Below the pieces are notes generated by a model. It did not search any database, had not been told where the DNA came from, and worked only from the letters and a program-made list of their open reading frames with translations. The position numbers were made by a program, and so were the translations under genes. This document shows, in pieces, positions 1 through 11,851 of a stretch of DNA of 64,000 bases (positions are counted from its first letter, which is position 1; the number at the start of each line of letters is the position of its first letter). This DNA comes from Heterodontus francisci (Eukaryota): contig NC_090394.1 in the NCBI RefSeq assembly GCF_036365525.1, positions 41,127,367-41,191,366 on the forward strand, written 5' to 3'.

Positions 1-345
1 TGGTTTCCATATCACAAAAAGGATATGGCAGTACTGCAGAAGGTGCAAAAAAATGTTTGCAACAGAACTGAAAGCTTATAACTATCACAAAAGACTTAAT
101 AAGTTGGGATTCTTTTCTCTAAAAAAAAGGCTGATGGGTGGTGACCTGATAAAGATCTTTGAAATTTTGGAGGGATGGGTGTAAAGATGTTGCCACTCAT
201 GGGTGAGACCAATACTTGGAGGCATAAATATAACAATCACGAATAAATCCGATAAGGAATTCAGGAGAGACTTCTTCACCCAAAGAGTGGTTAGAATGTG
301 TTTGAGGCGAATAGCATAGATGCATTGAAAATGAAGCTAGATAAA
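1..345 (+). mobile_element. CR1 LINE 3' fragment
   Basis: Degenerate CR1 ORF2 C-terminal coding sequence (ggtgacctgata, ttcacccaaagagtggttaga). Confidence 0.7.
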
Positions 346-965
346 TACATGATGGAAATAGCAATCAAAGGATACGGTGATATGGTTATTTATTTAGAGA
401 TACAGCACTGAAACAGGCCCTTCGGCCCGAGTCTGTGCCGACCAACAACAACCCATTTATACTAACCCTGCAGTAATCCCACATGGTTAGAGGAGATAAG
501 AAATAAAAACAAAGTGCTAGAAATACTCAGCAGATCTGGCAGCATTTGTGGAGAGAGAAACAGAGTTAATGTTTCAGGTCACTAACCTTCATTAGAATTG
601 GCAAAAGTTAAAAATGTAATAAGCTTCCAGGTCACACACCTGTTACATTAACTCTTTTTCTCCACAGATGCTGCCAGATCTGCTGAGTATTTCCAGCACT
701 TTGTTTTTATTTCTTATCTCCTCTAAACCTATCACCGTATCCTTTGCTGTTTCCATCATGTATAAGAGTTAATGTAACAGGTGTGTGACCTAAAAGCTTA
801 TTACATTTTTAACCTTTGCCAATTCTAATGAAAGGTTAGTGACCTGAAACATTAACTCTGTTTCTCTCTCCACAAATGCTGCCAGACCTGCTGAATATTT
901 CTAGCATGTTGTCTTTTGTTTTTATTTCAGATTTCCAGCATCCACAGCATTTTGCTTTTATTTCA
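345..965. repeat. Nested inverted repeat built from Penelope-like terminal repeats and flanking sequence
   Basis: ~345-555 is reverse-complementary to ~655-763, and ~520-655 to ~765-905. Confidence 0.8.
389..482 (-). mobile_element. 5'-truncated HE1-type SINE tail
   Basis: Matches the 3' end of the full SINE copies; ATGGTTA duplicated at 382 and 483. Confidence 0.85.
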
Positions 966-1354
966 GATAAGGTTGGACGAGGCTCCTGTGAAACATAAAT
1001 GGCAGCATGGACCAGTTGGGCCGAATGGCCTGTTTCTGTGCAGTACAATGTAATTCAATGTAACTGGCTCTGGCTGAAATCACCAACTCAGCACAAACCA
1101 GGGATCAAAACTGGGACTGGGCCCTTGCACATCCCTGACCTCATTGGTAGCTATGCCTACAGCTGTCTAAGCCCAAAGCTCTGAAATTACCTCCTCAAAC
1201 CTCTTCTGCCTGCCCCATTCCTTAAAACCAATCTTTTGATCATCTATCCTAATGTCTCCTCCTTTGGCTCTGTGCCAAATTTTGTCTGAACACTGCTGTG
1301 AAGCTCCTTGGGACTTTTTAAAACTGCATTAAAGATGCTATATAAATGCAAATG

Positions 1355-3375
1355 TTGCATCCCTCTTCACAAAGGAGAGGGTTGATGTAGCCATTGTAGT
1401 TAAAGAGGAGTGTGAAATATTAGATACAATAAGCATAATGAAAGAGGAAGTACTAGAGGGTCTGACATCCTCGAAAGTGGATAAATTGCCAGGGCTGGAT
1501 GGATTGCATCCCAGGTTGTTAAAGGAAGCCAGGGAGGAAATAGCAGATGTGCTGAAGATCATCTTCAAATCCTCACTAGACACAGGAGGTACCAGACGAT
1601 TGGAGGTCTGCAAACGTTGTACCATTGTTTAAAAAGGGTCCAAGGGATAGGCCAAATAATTATAGGCCGGTCAATCTGACCTCAGTGGTGGGAAAATTGT
1701 GAGAATCTATTCTGAGGGCCAGGATAAACTTCTACTTAGAAAGGCATGAATTAATCAGGGATAGTCAGCATGGATTTGTTAAGGGAAGGTCATGTCTTAC
1801 TAACTTAATTGAGGAAGTAACAAGAAATATTGATGAGGGTAGTGCAGTGGATGTGGTCTACATGGATTTTAGTAAGGCATTTGACAAGGTCCCACATGAC
1901 AGACTGGTCAGTAAAATGAAAGCACATGGGATACAGGGGAATGTGGCAGGTTGTTTCCAAAATTGGCTCAGGGCCTAGAAACAAAGGGTAGTAGTCGACG
2001 GATGTTTTTGTGAATGGAAAGCGGTTTCCATTGGCGTTCCACAGGGCTCAGTGTTAGGTCCCTTGCTGTTTGTGGTATATATTAATGATTTGGACAAATA
2101 CAGGAGGCATGTTTGGGAAATTTGCTGTTGACACAAAAATTGGCCGTGTAGTTGATAGTGAAGAGGATACCTGTAGACTCCAGAAAGATATCAATGGTTT
2201 GGTTGAGTGAGTGGAAAAGGGCGGCACAGTGGTTAGCACCGCAGCCTCACAGCTCCAGCGACCCGGGTTCAGTTCTGGGTACTGCCTGTGCGGAATTTGC
2301 AAGTTCTCCGTGTCTGCGTGGGTTTCCGCCGGGTGCTCCGGTTTCCTCCCACCTCCAAAGACTTGCAGGTTGATAGGTAAATTGGCCATTGTAAATTGCC
2401 CCTTATGTAGGTAGGTGGTAGGAAAATGGTGGGGATGTGGTAGAGAATATGGGGTTAATATAGGATTAGCATAAATGGGTGGTTGTTGGTCAGTACAGAC
2501 TCGGTGGGCCGAAGGGCCTGTTTCAGTGTTGTATCTCTAAATAAAATTAAAATAAAGTGGCGAATGAAATTCAATCCAGAAATGTGTGAGGTAACGCATT
2601 TGGAAAGGACAAATAAAGCGAGGGAATACACAATAAACGGGAGGATATTGGGAGGGGTAGACGTGAGAGACCTTGGAGTGCATGTCCACAGGTCCCTGAA
2701 GGTGGCAGGACAGGTAGATGAAGTGGTGAAAAATGCAAATGGAATGCTTTCCTTTACTGGCCAAGGTATAGAATACAAATGCAGGGATGTAATGCTGGAA
2801 CTGCATAAAATGCTGGTTAGGCCACAGTTGGAGAATTGTGTACAGTCCTGGTCACCACATTATAGAAAGGACATTATTGCTCTGGAGAGTACAGAGGAGA
2901 TTTACAAGAATGTTGCCAGGACTCGAAAGTTGCAGCTATGAGGATAGATTGGATAGACTCGGGTTGTTTTCCTTAGAATAGAGGAGGCTGAGTGGTGACT
3001 TAATAGAGGTGTACAAAATGATTAGGAGCCTAGAGTAGACAGGAAGGACTTGTTTCCCCTAGCAGAGAAGTCAATTACCAGGGGGTACAGATTTAGGTGA
3101 TTGGTAGAAGGATTAGAGGAGACATGAGGAAAAACCTTTTCACCCAGAGGGTGGAGGGTGTCTGGAATTCACTGCCAGGAATGGTGGTGGAGGCAGAAAC
3201 CCTCAATTCTTTTAAAAGGTACCTGGACATGCAACTGAAGTGCTGTAACCAGCAAGGCTATGGACCAGGTGCTGGAAGGTGGGATTAGATTGGGTGGCTA
3301 GTTTGTTCGGCCAGCACAGACACGATGGGCTGAATGGCCTCCATCTATGCCGAAATTTTTCTATGGTTGTATGGC
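1355..3375 (+). mobile_element. CR1 LINE ORF2 remnant with 3' tail
   Basis: DKLPGLDGLHPRLLKE, DFSKAFDKV and RPQLENCVQSWSP motifs; interrupted by a SINE. Confidence 0.92.
2219..2556 (+). mobile_element. tRNA-derived V-SINE (HE1-like)
   Basis: tRNA-like head, central V-domain (gtgtctgcgtgggtttccgccgggtgctccggtttcctcccac), CR1-like tail and A-rich end. Confidence 0.88.
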
Positions 3376-4319
3376 TCAGTGCCACACCACATTGTCACTA
3401 GGTGGCAAGCATCAAATTGGCAAAATGAACTGAAACAGCCCAATGATTAATGTTCACTTTACGAATACCAGCAGTACCATGCAACCCCTGTGGCCAGAGA
3501 CACTGATACATTAGTACTGTAACTGGCAGGAATTTAACAGTATTGCAGACTGGATTCATATGGAGGGAATATCAATTTCAAAAGTAAATTATTTGTGCTG
3601 AGGAAAGGCAAGTTGTCAAACAAACAGGTAAGGGAATCAAGAGGCTGGAGTCTGTGGCCTAACTTCAACTCCCCCCTACCAGCTGGTTACATAGAGGCCA
3701 GGAGCTGAAGAATAGGCAGGTGCAGGAGTCCCTTCAGCCCCTTTTGCCTATTCCACCATTCAATTAGAATATGCTGATTTAAACCTTATCTCCAGCTACT
3801 TGCCTTGGTTCCATAACAAAGAAATACAGCAGGCTTGAATACAGGCGTTAAGGGGTGATTTGATTGAGATTTTTAGGATATTGAAAGGAATGGATAGGGT
3901 AGCTAGTGAAAAACCTTTTCCTTTGGTGGGGGAGTCTAGGATAAGGGGACATAAATTAGAGCCAGGCTACTCAGGAGAGAAGTTCAGAAACATTTCTTCA
4001 CACAAAGGGTGGTAGAAATGTGGAAATGTCTCACACAAAAAACAACAGATGCTAGCTCAATGAATCATTTTTAAATCCAAGACCAATATATCTTTGCTAG
4101 CAATGGGTATTGTGCGATTAGGGAGCCAAGGTAGGTAAATGGAATTAGGATGCAGATCAGCCACCATCTCACTGAATGGTGGAACAGGCTCAAGGGGCTG
4201 AATGGCCTCCTGTCCATAACAAAGAACAAGAATGCCCACTGAAGCTCAGAAGTCTAGAATTCCTGGAGAGGAAGAGGATCAGAGTCAGTTGGGGAATAAA
4301 CAGCAGACATGTCCAGGCT

Positions 4320-4380
4320 CAAGTATCCAATAGTAATTTATTCATTCCTGAAGTCAAGTCTTCAAGAACTTGAAATATCA
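4320..4380 (-). other. Candidate non-coding terminal 3'-UTR exon of NDUFAB1 with AATAAA (4337..4342)
   Basis: Minus strand reads ctgattatgtttgtttaaccag|tgatatttc...gAATAAA. It would pair with a strong donor AGG|GTAAGA at 14252/14251, 26 nt after the stop codon. The pairing is inferred. Confidence 0.45.
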
Positions 4381-5046
4381 CTGGTTAAACAAACATAATC
4401 AGACAACAAAAACCATACAGCAGCACTTGTACTTCAAGCAGTGCTTGTGATCCCCCACACACTGAGTGTTTCACATGCTCCCAGCAGCAAGCACCTGCAA
4501 AGCCAAAAACAGGTTTCAGAATTTAATATTTATTTTTCTAATTTTTCCAAAGCAGTTTTGGAAATCAAAAGGCGTCACTCATCAGCTGTGATGTCAGTAC
4601 TAGTTAGGGTAAAGTAGCCTTTCTTCAGTCCCAGGTCCGAACTCGTCTATGCTGAGTTAGCCAGCTCTACAGAGGGGACAGTCCTTTAGACTGCAGATGT
4701 TTGGGGGTAGGGGAGATGGGATTCAGCAGAGTTCTTTCTCTGGGCCAGATGTAGTGCCTCCTGCTGGGGGAGATAAGGGTAACCTTTTATTTCATTATCA
4801 GTGCCTGACTGAGTGAAGTGTGCAGATGATCTGATAATACCTTCCCAGCACCTATTCACACCACGGCCATGGAAATGTGCTGATTGATTCATAAAACAAC
4901 CTTCTCTCACATGATTGGGAGGTCTCTGTTCCCACCCCAACCCCAAAGATCGACTGTAGCCAGGGCAGTTCCATGGGTACCAACACCCCGAACCCTCCAA
5001 CATCAACTCAAAGAGCCATTCTTCAGACACGATGCTCAATAAGACA

Positions 5047-6069
5047 TGTTATGAACACTGGTCTTTGTAACATAATTATGTTTTAAAAACTGTGATTTTT
5101 AAAAGTTTAAGATGGAGTCTGGAAAGTCAAGTGACCTCACATCCACTCTGCAAAAGGTCAAGACAAATGTCTTGGTTACCAGGACAACAGAGAACACAGA
5201 TAAAAAGACATTTTGGGGAAAAAAAGCCGCAAGGATAACACCTGAACAACAATGGGTTTCACCCTCCCAGACATTTGGGTCTTAAACAGCATGGGGGGTC
5301 AGTGATTCTGAAGATGCAAATATACCAAGAAGTTAACACCTGGGAACAATGAAGACCTAGGTGGCTCTGTGAAACCAGACTTCTGGACTTTTCATCTTGG
5401 AACAGGACAATAAGCTATTGACTTTTGAATCCAGTTAAATTTAGCAGATTTTTGAAAGGCAGACAGGCTGTAAGTGGTTGTGGCCTCAAGGCAGACTGTA
5501 AGAAGGGAACCTAGCGGTTTAGGCCTGAAAACAGGCTGCAAGGAAGACAACCAGCGGTTGCAGCCAAGAGAGGGGGGGACACCTGTTCTCAGAAGCCTGA
5601 TACAGCAAAAGGCTGCGAAGACATGAAGCTGTTTTGAAAGCTGAAGCTTATGCAGATGTAGAAGACCAGCAGGATCACCAGGAATCTCCATTTTCACGGA
5701 CGTCCAGGTCAGAAGTGCTCAGAGAAGTGAGCAAAGAGGACACTGATTTTTGAAAAGGTCTGGGAGATCCAACCCATTGCTACTGGGAGGAGTTTGGATT
5801 TTTAAACAAGGATTTTGCCATCAAAAAGGACTATAATGTATAAGTGTGGTGTGAGGTTTCTCAAGCATGTTTTAAAGTAATGAAAATACCTTTCTTTGTA
5901 GTTTGGGGTATTAGCTACTTACAAAGTACTATTTAGTTACTGGGGATTTCTTTTAATTTAGTTGTTATAACAAAAGTCCTAAAACGTGCAATCTTCTTTA
6001 ATACTTTAAATTGATCTGGGAGTTCATATCTCGGATTTTAACATTAGTGGTCTCACGGAGGTCGTAACA
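5047..6069 (+). repeat. 5' LTR (~1023 bp)
   Basis: Begins TGTTATGA and ends TCGTAACA (inverted termini); aligns by eye with 11852 onward. Confidence 0.9.
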
Positions 6070-6345
6070 AATTAGGGGCTCGGATCAGAATACAAATTCA
6101 GAGGCTGTAAAATGGGTACATTGGAATTTGCTAGAATTTAAACAAACTACTTATAAGGAAAAGTCAGCATGTCTACCTTTAATGCTCAAACCTTAGTGGA
6201 GAGAGAGGATTTGATTCTCAAATGATTTAACACAGTTCACAGTGGACACGTTAATGGCGGTGGTACAGCAAGTAAGGGTTAGTTTAAAATCAAAAGCCAA
6301 AAAGGCAGAAAGTTTTGAAGTGTTGGCTTGGCATTTTAACCTCGA

Positions 6346-6707
6346 GGGCGGCACAGTGGCACAGTGGTTAGCACTGCAGCCTCACAGCTCCAGGGACCCG
6401 GGTTCGATTCCGGGTACTGCCTGTGTGGAGTTTGCAAGTTCTCCCTGTGTCTGCGTGGGTTTTCGCCGGGTGCTCCGGTTTCCTCCCACAAGCCAAAAGA
6501 CTTGCAGGTTGATAGGTAAATTGGCCATTATAAATTGTCACTAGTATAGGTAGGTGGTAGGGAAATATAGGGACAGGTGGGGATGTTTGGTAGGAATATG
6601 GAATTAGTGTAGGATTAGTATAAATGGGTGGTTGATGTTCGGCACAGACTCGGTGGGCCGAAGGGCCTGTTTCAGTGCTGTATCTCTAATCTAAAAATCT
6701 AATCTAA
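6346..6707 (+). mobile_element. tRNA-derived V-SINE (HE1-like) inserted in Gypsy gag
   Basis: A box TGGCACAGTGG, B box GGTTCGATTCC, V-domain, (AATCT)n tail. Confidence 0.9.
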
Positions 6708-9700
6708 GAAAAGGGTGATCCTGGTAGCTCTCAGATTGAGTTAGCTAGAAGTCAGTTACAAATTAGGCAAATGGAACTTGAAAAAAGAGGAAAGGGACAG
6801 ACAATTCCAACATGGTCAAAACTTGAGTTTGAAAAAGAGTAAGAAAAATAATATGGCAAAAAGAAATGCCAGGAAATTTGAACCGGACAACGAAAAACTT
6901 AGATTATGCTAACAGGGAGTGGCAGGAAAGTTTGAGGATGAATCCGATTTAACTACTGGTTTTGATTTTGCAAGGAATATTCACTTAGTACCTAAATTCA
7001 GTGAGGAAGGAGTTGAAATGTACTTTGTGTCATTTGAAAAAATTGCTATGAGGTTGCAATTAATGGCCGAAAGAAAATTGGACAATTTTACTGCAAAGTA
7101 TGTTAGTAGGAAAAACGTTAGGCGTGTATTCAACAGTTTTCAGAGGAACGGTCAAATGATTATGAAGTGGTTAGAACTGCAATTCTCAATGCTAATGTGT
7201 TGGTATCAGAGGCTTACACACAAAAATTCAGGAATTTAAGAAACAGGGTCAGACATTTATGGAATTTGCTGGAGAGAAGCAAGTCATATTCAAATGTTGG
7301 TATTGGTCCCTGAAGATTGAACAAGACTTTGAAAATCCTACAGAAGCAATCCTAATGGAGAAATTTAAAAATAGTATCCCTTCAGGAATAAGGTGCCACC
7401 TGGAAGAACAAAGTTGGTAAAATAAGGAACACCGCAGAAATGGCAGATGATTATGAATTGACCTATAAAAGCAGTAGTTAAAGGCCCTAATTTGGAAACT
7501 TTCAGAGGAGTTGGAAAGATAGGAGAGTGGATAATGAGAAGAGATTCAGTTTTATAACAGAAAGGATATAGGTAACCCTCAAAGTAGTAAAAAGGATAGT
7601 CAGAAAACTAGGGTTGAATCAAAAGGACTGTTATTTTTGTAATAAAAACTGGCATATAAAATTAGTATGCTGGAAATTAAAGAGCAAGCCAGTAGCTTTA
7701 GTAGGTTTACTGAAAGCCTGCCCAATAAGTGGCACTGTTGACAAGCCAGTAGCTTTGGTGATGTTGGCTAGTGAACAGAAGTATTCCCCCTTGTGTGCTA
7801 ACAAATTAAGTCAGGTCCCTGGAAGGGCATAGAAGTTTTGTGCTCAGCGGTATGGAGTCCCCATATTTGTCAGATGAGGCAGGCAAGCTGACTGTGCTGC
7901 TTAAAGATATGGGGCAACTCAGTCATTAATGGCAGCAAAGGATGTAGATTTTTCCCCAAGTAGTGCTGTGAATATGAAAATCTTGGTGTGGGGCACTGAG
8001 GGGGGTCATTTATCCATTTCATTGGATAAAGTTAAATTGCAATGTGATTTAGTCACCAGTCTGTTAATAATGGAAATCGTCCCAGATTTGCATATCGAAG
8101 GGGTGGATTTGTTACTAGGGAATGACTTAGCTGGAGATAAGGTATTGGCATCTCCAGTAGTTTCGGAAAAGCCAGGGGTTGCTGAAACTGAAGTTTTGCA
8201 GGAGGAATTTCCTGAAATATTCCCAGATTGTCTGGTGACAAGATCCCTGGCTCACAAGATGAGAAGTAATCAGCTGTTGTGGAGGACAATTAGGGTATTT
8301 GGTTGGCTGAGACTTTTTTTCTAGGATTTGAATGGGGATGTTGATGGAAAAAGCTTCAAGGCAACGGTGAATTGTTTAGCAGATCGTCTTTGATTGCGGC
8401 CCAAAAGGAAGTTTGTCTCAAACAGGGTGTTCAGAGGCAGAATCTGAAAATGTCTCCAAACGTCATTATATTAATGACATTCTAATGAGAAAGTGGAGAC
8501 ATCCCCAGAGGCCCGCTGATGAGGATTGAGCTATAGTTCATCAGGTTGTTGTTCTCCCAGGGTACGGTAGTAAAATTTTGAGAAATGCCCATGAGATCCC
8601 AGTGGCAGGTCATGTGGGTATTTGAAACACTCAGGCCAGGATAAGATAGCATTTTTATTAGCCAGGCTTTCATAAGGATATGGTGAATTTTGCAGAGCTT
8701 GCCATACATGTCTGGTAGTTGGGAAGTCACAGCCTTCGATTAAGCCAGCCCAATTAATTCCAATACCTGTTTTTGAAGAACCGTTTAGTCGGGTTCTTGT
8801 GGATTGTGTCGGACCCTTATCCACAACTAAATCGGGCCACAAGTTTCTCCTAATCATCGTGGATTTTTTCCACTAGGTTTCCCGAGGCAATACCTTTGAA
8901 AAAGATTAGTGAAAGTTGTGATTGAGGGGTTAATTCAGTTTTTCACAATTTTTTTTGGCAATCCATATATAGTCAGACCAGGAGCCAAATTTCATGTCAG
9001 GGGCATTTCAAGAGGTCGTGAGTAATTTGGGAGTGAGATAGCTCAAATCTTCTGCTTATCACCCGCAGTCACAAAGTGCTTCGGAAAGGTTATCACCAAA
9101 CCCTAATAAGTATAATAAGGGCTTATTGTTTTGACTACCCTTATGATTGGAATAAGAGGATTTAAAAAAAAAAAATTTATTTGCCACCAGAGACACACCA
9201 AATGAGTCCACTGGTTTCAGTCCATTTGAATTGGTTTATGGGCATGAGGTTAGGGATCCACTTAAACTCATTGAGATTTTTAGCACAGGAAGAGGAAACT
9301 ACCCTCTTAGATTAAGTGTCAGAATTTCAAGAGAGGCTCACAAAGGCAAATGAGGTGGCCAAAAAAAAATCAAGATTTCTCAGCAAGTGATGAAAACCCA
9401 AGCAGATAGAACAGCTAAGGCACGCAGTTTACAGCCTGGAGACAAGTTGTTAGTTTTGTTGCTCTTGCCTGGGGAACCATTGAAAGCTAGGTTCAGTGGA
9501 CCATACTACATTAAGACAAAACTTAGTGAGGTGAATTATTTGGTTAGCAACCCAGACAGATGGAAAAGTGAAAGAGTGTGTCATGTAAATATGTTGAAAA
9601 GATACTATGACTGTGAACTTTGTCAGCCAGTAACTATATGTCAAATGACAAGACGTTAAAAATAGTGTTACTTTTGAGGAACTGGAGAAACGGGCAGAGT

Positions 9701-10358
9701 CTGAGAACTCTCAGACTGAACCACCTGCAGTAAAACTGGCAAACCCAGAAGTGTTAGAAAATTTTGATACAGTTCTACACTATCTTTCTGAACAGCACAA
9801 AAAGGATATAGCTGTACTGCTAATAGAGTTTAAAGCCATATGTGCAGGTAAGCCAGGTCGAACTCCTCTGGCTATTCATGAGGTTGATGTGGGAACAGCT
9901 ACACCAATTAAACAGGACCCTTATCGACTCAATCCTGATAAATTGACAATTGACTCAGGTCAGAGAGGAGGTTCATTATCTGCTAAAGAATGATGTAATG
10001 GAGCCTAGTCAAAGTAGCTGAGTTCTCCAGTGGTGCTAGTACCAAAACCGAATGGTTCCAAAAGATTTTGTATTGATTATCGGAAAATCAATGCAGTAAC
10101 TAAAACAGACTCTTATCAAATCCCACCACTTAAGGATTGTATTGACAGAGTGGGGAATTCAGTCTTTATTAGCAAAATTGACTTGCTGAAAGGATATTGC
10201 ATGTCCCCTTGACGGACCAAGCTAAAATAATTCCCACCCTCGTGACCCCAGATAGCCTATTTCAGTGTAATGCCATTTGGTATGAAAAATGTACCAGCCA
10301 CATTTCAAGGGTGGACCAACCAGACGATTGCTGAACTGAACAATTGCATTGTTTACCT

Positions 10359-10939
10359 GTGGCTTCATAAATAGAGGCATTGACTACAAAAGCAGAGACG
10401 TATTGCTGAATCTTTATAAAGCACCACTCTTTAGGAAGAATGTGAGGGTCCTTGAAAGGGTGCCGAGGAGATTTACCAGGATGGTTCTAGGTATGGGGAA
10501 TTTTAGTTACAAGGTTAGGTTGGAAAAGCTGAGGTTGTTCTTCTTAGAGCAAACAAGATTGAGAGAAGATTTAATAGAGATGTATAAGATGATGACAGGC
10601 ATAGATAAGTTGGACAAGGAAAAACTGTTCCCATTAACTAATGGTACAAAGACTAGTAGACACAGATTGAAGGTTTTGGGCAAGAGATGCCATCGGGAAT
10701 GTGAGGAAGACCTTTTTTACGCAGCGGGTGGCAATAACCTGGAACTCACTGCCCACGAAGGCGGTGGAACCGTAGACAATCAATGATTTCATAAGGAAAC
10801 TGGATGGTCACTTGAAGGAAATACACTTGTAGGGCTACGGGGATCAAATGAGGAAGTGGGACTGACTGGATAGCTCCGTGGAGAGCTGGCATGGACTTAA
10901 TGGGCCAAATGGCCTCCTTCTATGCCATAAATGACTATC
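10359..10939 (+). mobile_element. 5'-truncated CR1 LINE inserted in the Gypsy RT
   Basis: CR1 RT C-terminus (LERVPRRFTRMV, LREDLIEMYK) plus 3' tail; ACCT duplicated at 10355 and 10940. Confidence 0.9.
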
Positions 10940-11851
10940 ACCTTGATGATCTGTTGGTATACAGTGACACCTGGGAAGACCATGTTAAACCCTTAAAGGC
11001 TCTGTTCGACAGGTTAGAGCACACCAATTTGGTAGTAAACTTAGCAAAGAACGATTTTGCTAAGGTCAAGGTCACCTATTTAGGGCATGTAGTGGGTCAC
11101 AGTGAAGTGTTTCCTAGGTAAGCTAAAGTTCAGGCGATACTAGACTTTCCAGTCCATAAGACAGAAAGGGAGATACTATGATTCCTAGCAATGTGTGGAT
11201 TCTGCCGGAAGTTCGTTCCTAACTTCTGTACAGTAGTAACTCCAAGAGCATGAAGATCCAATGGACAGAACCGCGTAAGATGGCGCTTGAAAAGTTAAAG
11301 GCCATTTTAATAAATGAACCCATTCTAGTGGCACCAAATTTTGGCAAGCCCTTTAAAGTGGCTACTGATGCCAGTAATATAGGAGGAGTAGTATTACTCC
11401 ATGAAGATGATACTGATATCGAACAACCAGTCAGTTATTTCTCTAGAAAATGCAATAAGTACCAGAAGTACTCCACTATTGAGATCTCATATTGGCTCTT
11501 CACATTTTGAAATATATGTCAACAATGGCCAAGGGGGAAATAACAGATTACACCGATCATAATCCATTCAGATTTTTAGAAAGGTTCAAACCCAAGAACG
11601 GCTGATTATTTCAATGGAGTTTAATGTTACAACCATTTACTCTAAAGACTGTAAATGTTACAGGAAAGAGCAATGTAATTGCCAATGCTCTACCCAGAAC
11701 TTAAATAAGGGGTATAATGGAGGAAAGTGACTCAGAATTATTAAACCCTAACCTGTGTAAAGTATAAAATGTTAATAATGGAAATAGTTACACATTATAT
11801 ACGATAAGAAAAATCTTACTAAAGTAATGAATTTTGTTTTTAGGGGGCAGC

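Noticed and set aside
6346-6420. tRNA gene
   Set aside because: The A/B boxes belong to the tRNA-derived head of a SINE; there is no complete cloverleaf.
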